DNA of 64,000 nt, taken from assembly GCA_009914755.4 (NCBI GenBank), contig CP086569.2:3072001-3136000 (forward strand). The letters run 5' to 3'. Made by a program: the position numbers and the translations under genes. The notes below the pieces were generated by a model, which saw nothing but the letters and a program-made list of their open reading frames with translations, was not told the DNA's origin and did not search any database. Source of the stretch: the human T2T-CHM13v2.0 reference genome, Homo sapiens. Shown here in pieces: positions 59,951-64,000 of the stretch. Position 1 is the first letter of the stretch, and each line of letters begins with the position of its first letter.

Positions 59951-62900
59951 TCCACATTAAAAAAATAAAAGTTTAACTGTGATGAATATATTCTAAACAC
60001 ATTTTAAGTGCATTTCTTCATCCTACAATGAAAAATGACTTCTGAAATAAACTAATTTTATACCTCAAATTTTGTTGGAATTTGCCCAATTTGTGGAGAT
60101 TTTCCAAGTAATTCAATGGAGATTAAGCAGTTTTTCTTTGTGAGACTGTTACTAGACAACTATAACAATAATGTTTTTTTTTTCAGTGTTTTGGTTAAAC
60201 TATTGGTAACATAAGGTCAAGCTCTGATATCACTCTTTTTTTATCAATGACTTCCAACTAAGTGGAGAGGTTTTGTTGCGTGGACATTTCTTTACACTGT
60301 GTAGCTGTTATGTTTGATAGGTCTACCTATGAAGTGCCAGGTTTTTATTAGGGGACATCTTAAATATTTGTTAATTAAATTTTATAGTTAGAAAGTGCTT
60401 TTATCAAATATACCATTTTAACTTAGAAAACCTGACATTTTGGCAAATACATGAGGCAATAAAATGAAACTTTCAATGTTCCTCTTTACTTCAGGACCCT
60501 TCCATTCTTCCCCTCTGGGCTCACGCAATTAGAAAATGACATTGCAAATTGTGCTTTTGTTCATATTTTGGAATTTTGAGTATTAGTGTAACGGTTGGCA
60601 TATCTATATGGGAAAATATATGTTCTCCTATAAGTTTTACTTTCAAACTTGACAATTTATCTTTGATGAAATTATCAAAATGTGTGTTATGAAGAACTAG
60701 AGAAATTGATGAACAAGTATTCTCCTTTGAGCTTAAGGAGCAGAGTTTAGTTGGAAACATACACTGTAAAATGTATGAGTACAATAGAGAGTGGTAAAAC
60801 AATATAGGATAAAGATGAGCAAAGAATGTGGAAGACAAAACAATAGAACTGAAACAAAATGGAACTAAACTTCTGTGAAAGAACATGAAAAAGTCACACT
60901 AAGGTGAATTTGTATATGGATGTCTAGAAGACAGGTGAGCTGAAAAACTATTTGAAAAGTGGAACATTAAAGTCTGAACTATGGGGCACAAGACATTTTG
61001 AAAAATATGTATACATTTTATTTTAAAAGGGGGATAATTAATATGACTATAATAGCAATGTAACTTTTTTGTACCACTATTCAGATTAAAAAACAGAAAG
61101 CTAGATTCTGATGGCATGATTGTTTACATAATAGAAATATGGTAGGTGTGATAGTTTGTCATAAGAAACCCCTTTCTTTTCCTGTAAAAGGAAAACACCC
61201 TGAAACATTGAGAGATGCTTTGGAAGGAACAGAGAGAGAGAGAGATTGATTTTATATCATGAAAAGCAATATGCTATAGTGGGCAATTTTTTCTTTACCC
61301 TAAAATATTTGAGTATACATACATCCTATAATTATTTCAGGAGGTAGAAACAGTCTTGTTAAAGCAATGATCTTATTCAAAATAGTAACAGTAGAGAAGG
61401 AGATTAAGTGCCACCACAAAAGGCTCATAATCAGTTAAAGTTCTTTGTCTCCTAGCAAATATGTTGAAAGAAATACCTTGAAATCTCAAAGCACAGAGTA
61501 TTCATCAGTGTTCTTCAGAGAAACAGAACCAATAGAGAGGGATTTGTTATAAGGTACTATCTCACACAATTATAGAGGCTGAGGAATCTCGTGATATGCT
61601 GTTTGCAAGCTTTAGACCCAGGAAAGCCAGTGGCATAGCTCAAAGGCCTGAGAGCTGGAGTGCCAATGATGTAGATTCCAGGACTAATCTGAAGGCTTAG
61701 GAACCAGTAGCACCGAAGGTGGCAGATTGATGTCCTAGCTCAAGCAGTCTGGCAGAGGGAAGGATAATCCAAGCTTCCTCCGCTTTTTTGTTCTATTCAG
61801 GTGCTCAATGGATTGGATGATGCCCACACATATTTGGAAGGGCCTTATATTTCATTTAGTTCATCAATTCAAATGCTAATCACTTTCCAGAAACAATCTT
61901 ATAAACACAAAAATAGTTTTTAACCACATATCTGAACATTCATGGCCATGTCAAGTTGACACATAAAATTAACTATCAGAAGTCTACCCCTTGTCAACTT
62001 GGTACCCATATCCATCTCAAATAAAGACAATAGCAATATCATAATTCTGCCTAACATAATGCAATTATCCTGAATACATTGAAAAATGCACTAACCTCTT
62101 CCCCAGAAGAGGAGGTAAAATCTTTGAGTGATGTTTACTTTTCCTGATATTCCTTAGCTTAAATGCTATGATATAAGATTAACAACACTAGGAAACTTTT
62201 ACATAAAGTCTATTCATCTTATGTTACTTGATAAGACAAAAGAGAGGGAAGAAAACAAATATATTTGCTGTGTATATGCACATGAACATACACACACACA
62301 AATGCATTCTTAAAAACCTAAGAAAATACTCATGACGATTAAACCCCTCAATTCTCTAACTGGCCCCATGGTCATATCTGTTATTTATAACTACTTTCTT
62401 CCACTACCCATTGTGTATTTCCTTTGCCTTCAGCAAGTACATCAGCTGGTCATGGTTGTTTACCTGGTGAGGTTAACCAAACCTTCCTTCCTGACAGGTC
62501 TGCATTATGAGCAGTCCTGCCTGGATTAGGTTGTTCAAACATTATATGGATCTTCATCATAGGGTATGGTAACATTAAGACACCCTAAGGGATTTTCTGT
62601 ATTTCAGGCATACTCTTTATTATCCCCATTGTGGAGTAGTAGTCAAATTTTGCTTTGGTAATCAAAATCAATTACCTCACCCAGCACAGTAACTTTCTTT
62701 CCCTGTTGATTCAGAGGCATGAGTAGTCATAAGTGGCTGAGTGACAGTCTTAACTTTCATTCTAATGAAATGATTATTGTGTCTCCTGGTAGAAAGTTTC
62801 CTCCCTTTGGAACTACGTCCTCTGGGCCAGCAGAGTATAATAAGGCAGTAACAGGAAGCAACATTTTTGCTAGTGGGTCACAGGGGATAATGGTGAGTGC

Positions 62901-64000
62901 TGCCACTCTCATTTTCACACCTTGATTCCTGGACCTGTGAATTCTGGCTATGGGACAAATAGCACCAAATGTTACCAACTGACAGAGCACATATAAAGCC
63001 TTCTGGAAAACCTTGCCCCAGCCCTGCAAAGTCCTGACACCCAGCTGGTACTGTAATTGTGTCTTCAAAAGGCCACTTATCTATTTTATCAAGCTAGCTG
63101 CTTCAGGATGGTGGATAACATGGGCCTATTGCCACTCTTCGTTTGCTATGAAGTGAGTTTCTTGGTAAGAGGCAATGCTGTGTGGAATATAATGGTGGAT
63201 CAAGCATTCTATAAGCCCACAGATTGTAGTTTAGACAAAAGCACTGCATGCAGGAAAGGCAAATTAAAAACTGTAGTAAATGCCTACTCCAATATAAACA
63301 AAATATTTCCCTTTCCATGACTGAGGTGGCCTAATGTAATCAACATGTCACTAGGTACCATTGGCTGATCACTCTGGGAAATGGAAGTATATTGAGAACT
63401 CAATGTTGATCTGTGCTGCTGAAATATTGAATCCCGATAGGAAAGGCTTAGAGAAATATTGACAACATAAATTATAGTGTATCAGGGTCCTTCCTGGAGA
63501 AGATATAACCTTTTAATTATATAAGGGGTTCTGGGTCTGTAAACTGGCCCAATTCTGGAAACTGATTGAGGGGCTATGAGTCTATACTTTAATGATTCAA
63601 GTTAGATTTTTGTTCACTTAACCTAGAACTTTCCTTCTTATATAAATCAGGTAAGAAGATAGTAGGCTTCCTATCTATTTCACTTTTCAAATGTCATGAT
63701 TGACTAGCCAATGTCATAGGTATACATCAGTCAGACTATTCTGATTGCTGCTTTTACTTTGCTGTCCATTAGGGTTACCATGACAACCCTGCCTTTGGTG
63801 GTTGAGTGCCAACACTTCACCCTTGTGCCTCTGGAATACATTTACTCCCATTGCATTTAGTTTTTCTAATCGAATTGCTGTAGTTTCCATTGTAAGGTCT
63901 ATCCCGCAGAGAAAAGCGATCACAGAGCCCTTCATAGATAGTGGAGTTTCCCCAAAAATTTATTTCTCAAAGTGGTGGTGAAAGGTATAACTTCTGGGCT

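Overview
This window is primate (almost certainly human) nuclear DNA, not a prokaryotic locus. Roughly 55-60% of it is identifiable interspersed repeat sequence, and I found no convincing host protein-coding exon, tRNA, rRNA or CRISPR array. Every long ORF in the supplied track is explained by a transposable element (L1 ORF1/ORF2, antisense-L1 pseudo-ORFs, ERV gag, Alu or LTR artefacts).

Main content, left to right:
- **100-4560:** an older L1 on the minus strand.
- **5990-7960:** two diverged copies of an unclassified LTR-like repeat.
- **8040-8342, 16550-16850, 40061-40387, 58019-58336:** four AluY/S-like elements, each with a clear target-site duplication (TSD).
- **9325-16084:** a roughly 6.8 kb class I (gamma-like) endogenous retrovirus provirus on the minus strand. 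It has both LTRs, a primer-binding site complementary to the tRNA-Gly(GCC) 3' end, a polypurine tract, fragmented gag and protease, and a large pol/env deletion. A second solo LTR is nested in its 3' LTR.
- **22270-23835:** MaLR solo LTRs (MST/THE1-type and MLT1-type).
- **24880-27700, 34034-38125, 40625-41130, 42660-43920:** old L1 fragments.
- **32527-34030:** a nested cluster (MaLR LTR+internal, L1 tail fragment, THE1 insertion, MLT2/ERVL LTR, (CT)n).
- **44828-47154:** a complete LTR-internal-LTR MaLR element with a 5-bp TSD ATGCA.
- **48745-54797:** a young full-length L1PA (L1HS/L1PA2-like, about 6.05 kb). ORF1 is intact except for a single CGA>TGA nonsense codon, and ORF2 carries several frame-disrupting lesions.
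- **56979-59750:** a second MaLR element interrupted by an Alu.
- Several microsatellites are scattered through the window.

The most interesting item is the deleted ERV provirus with a Gly primer-binding site and a nested LTR. Nothing here supports a novel cellular defence or metabolic system. All coordinates are by-eye estimates, good to about 5-20 bp.
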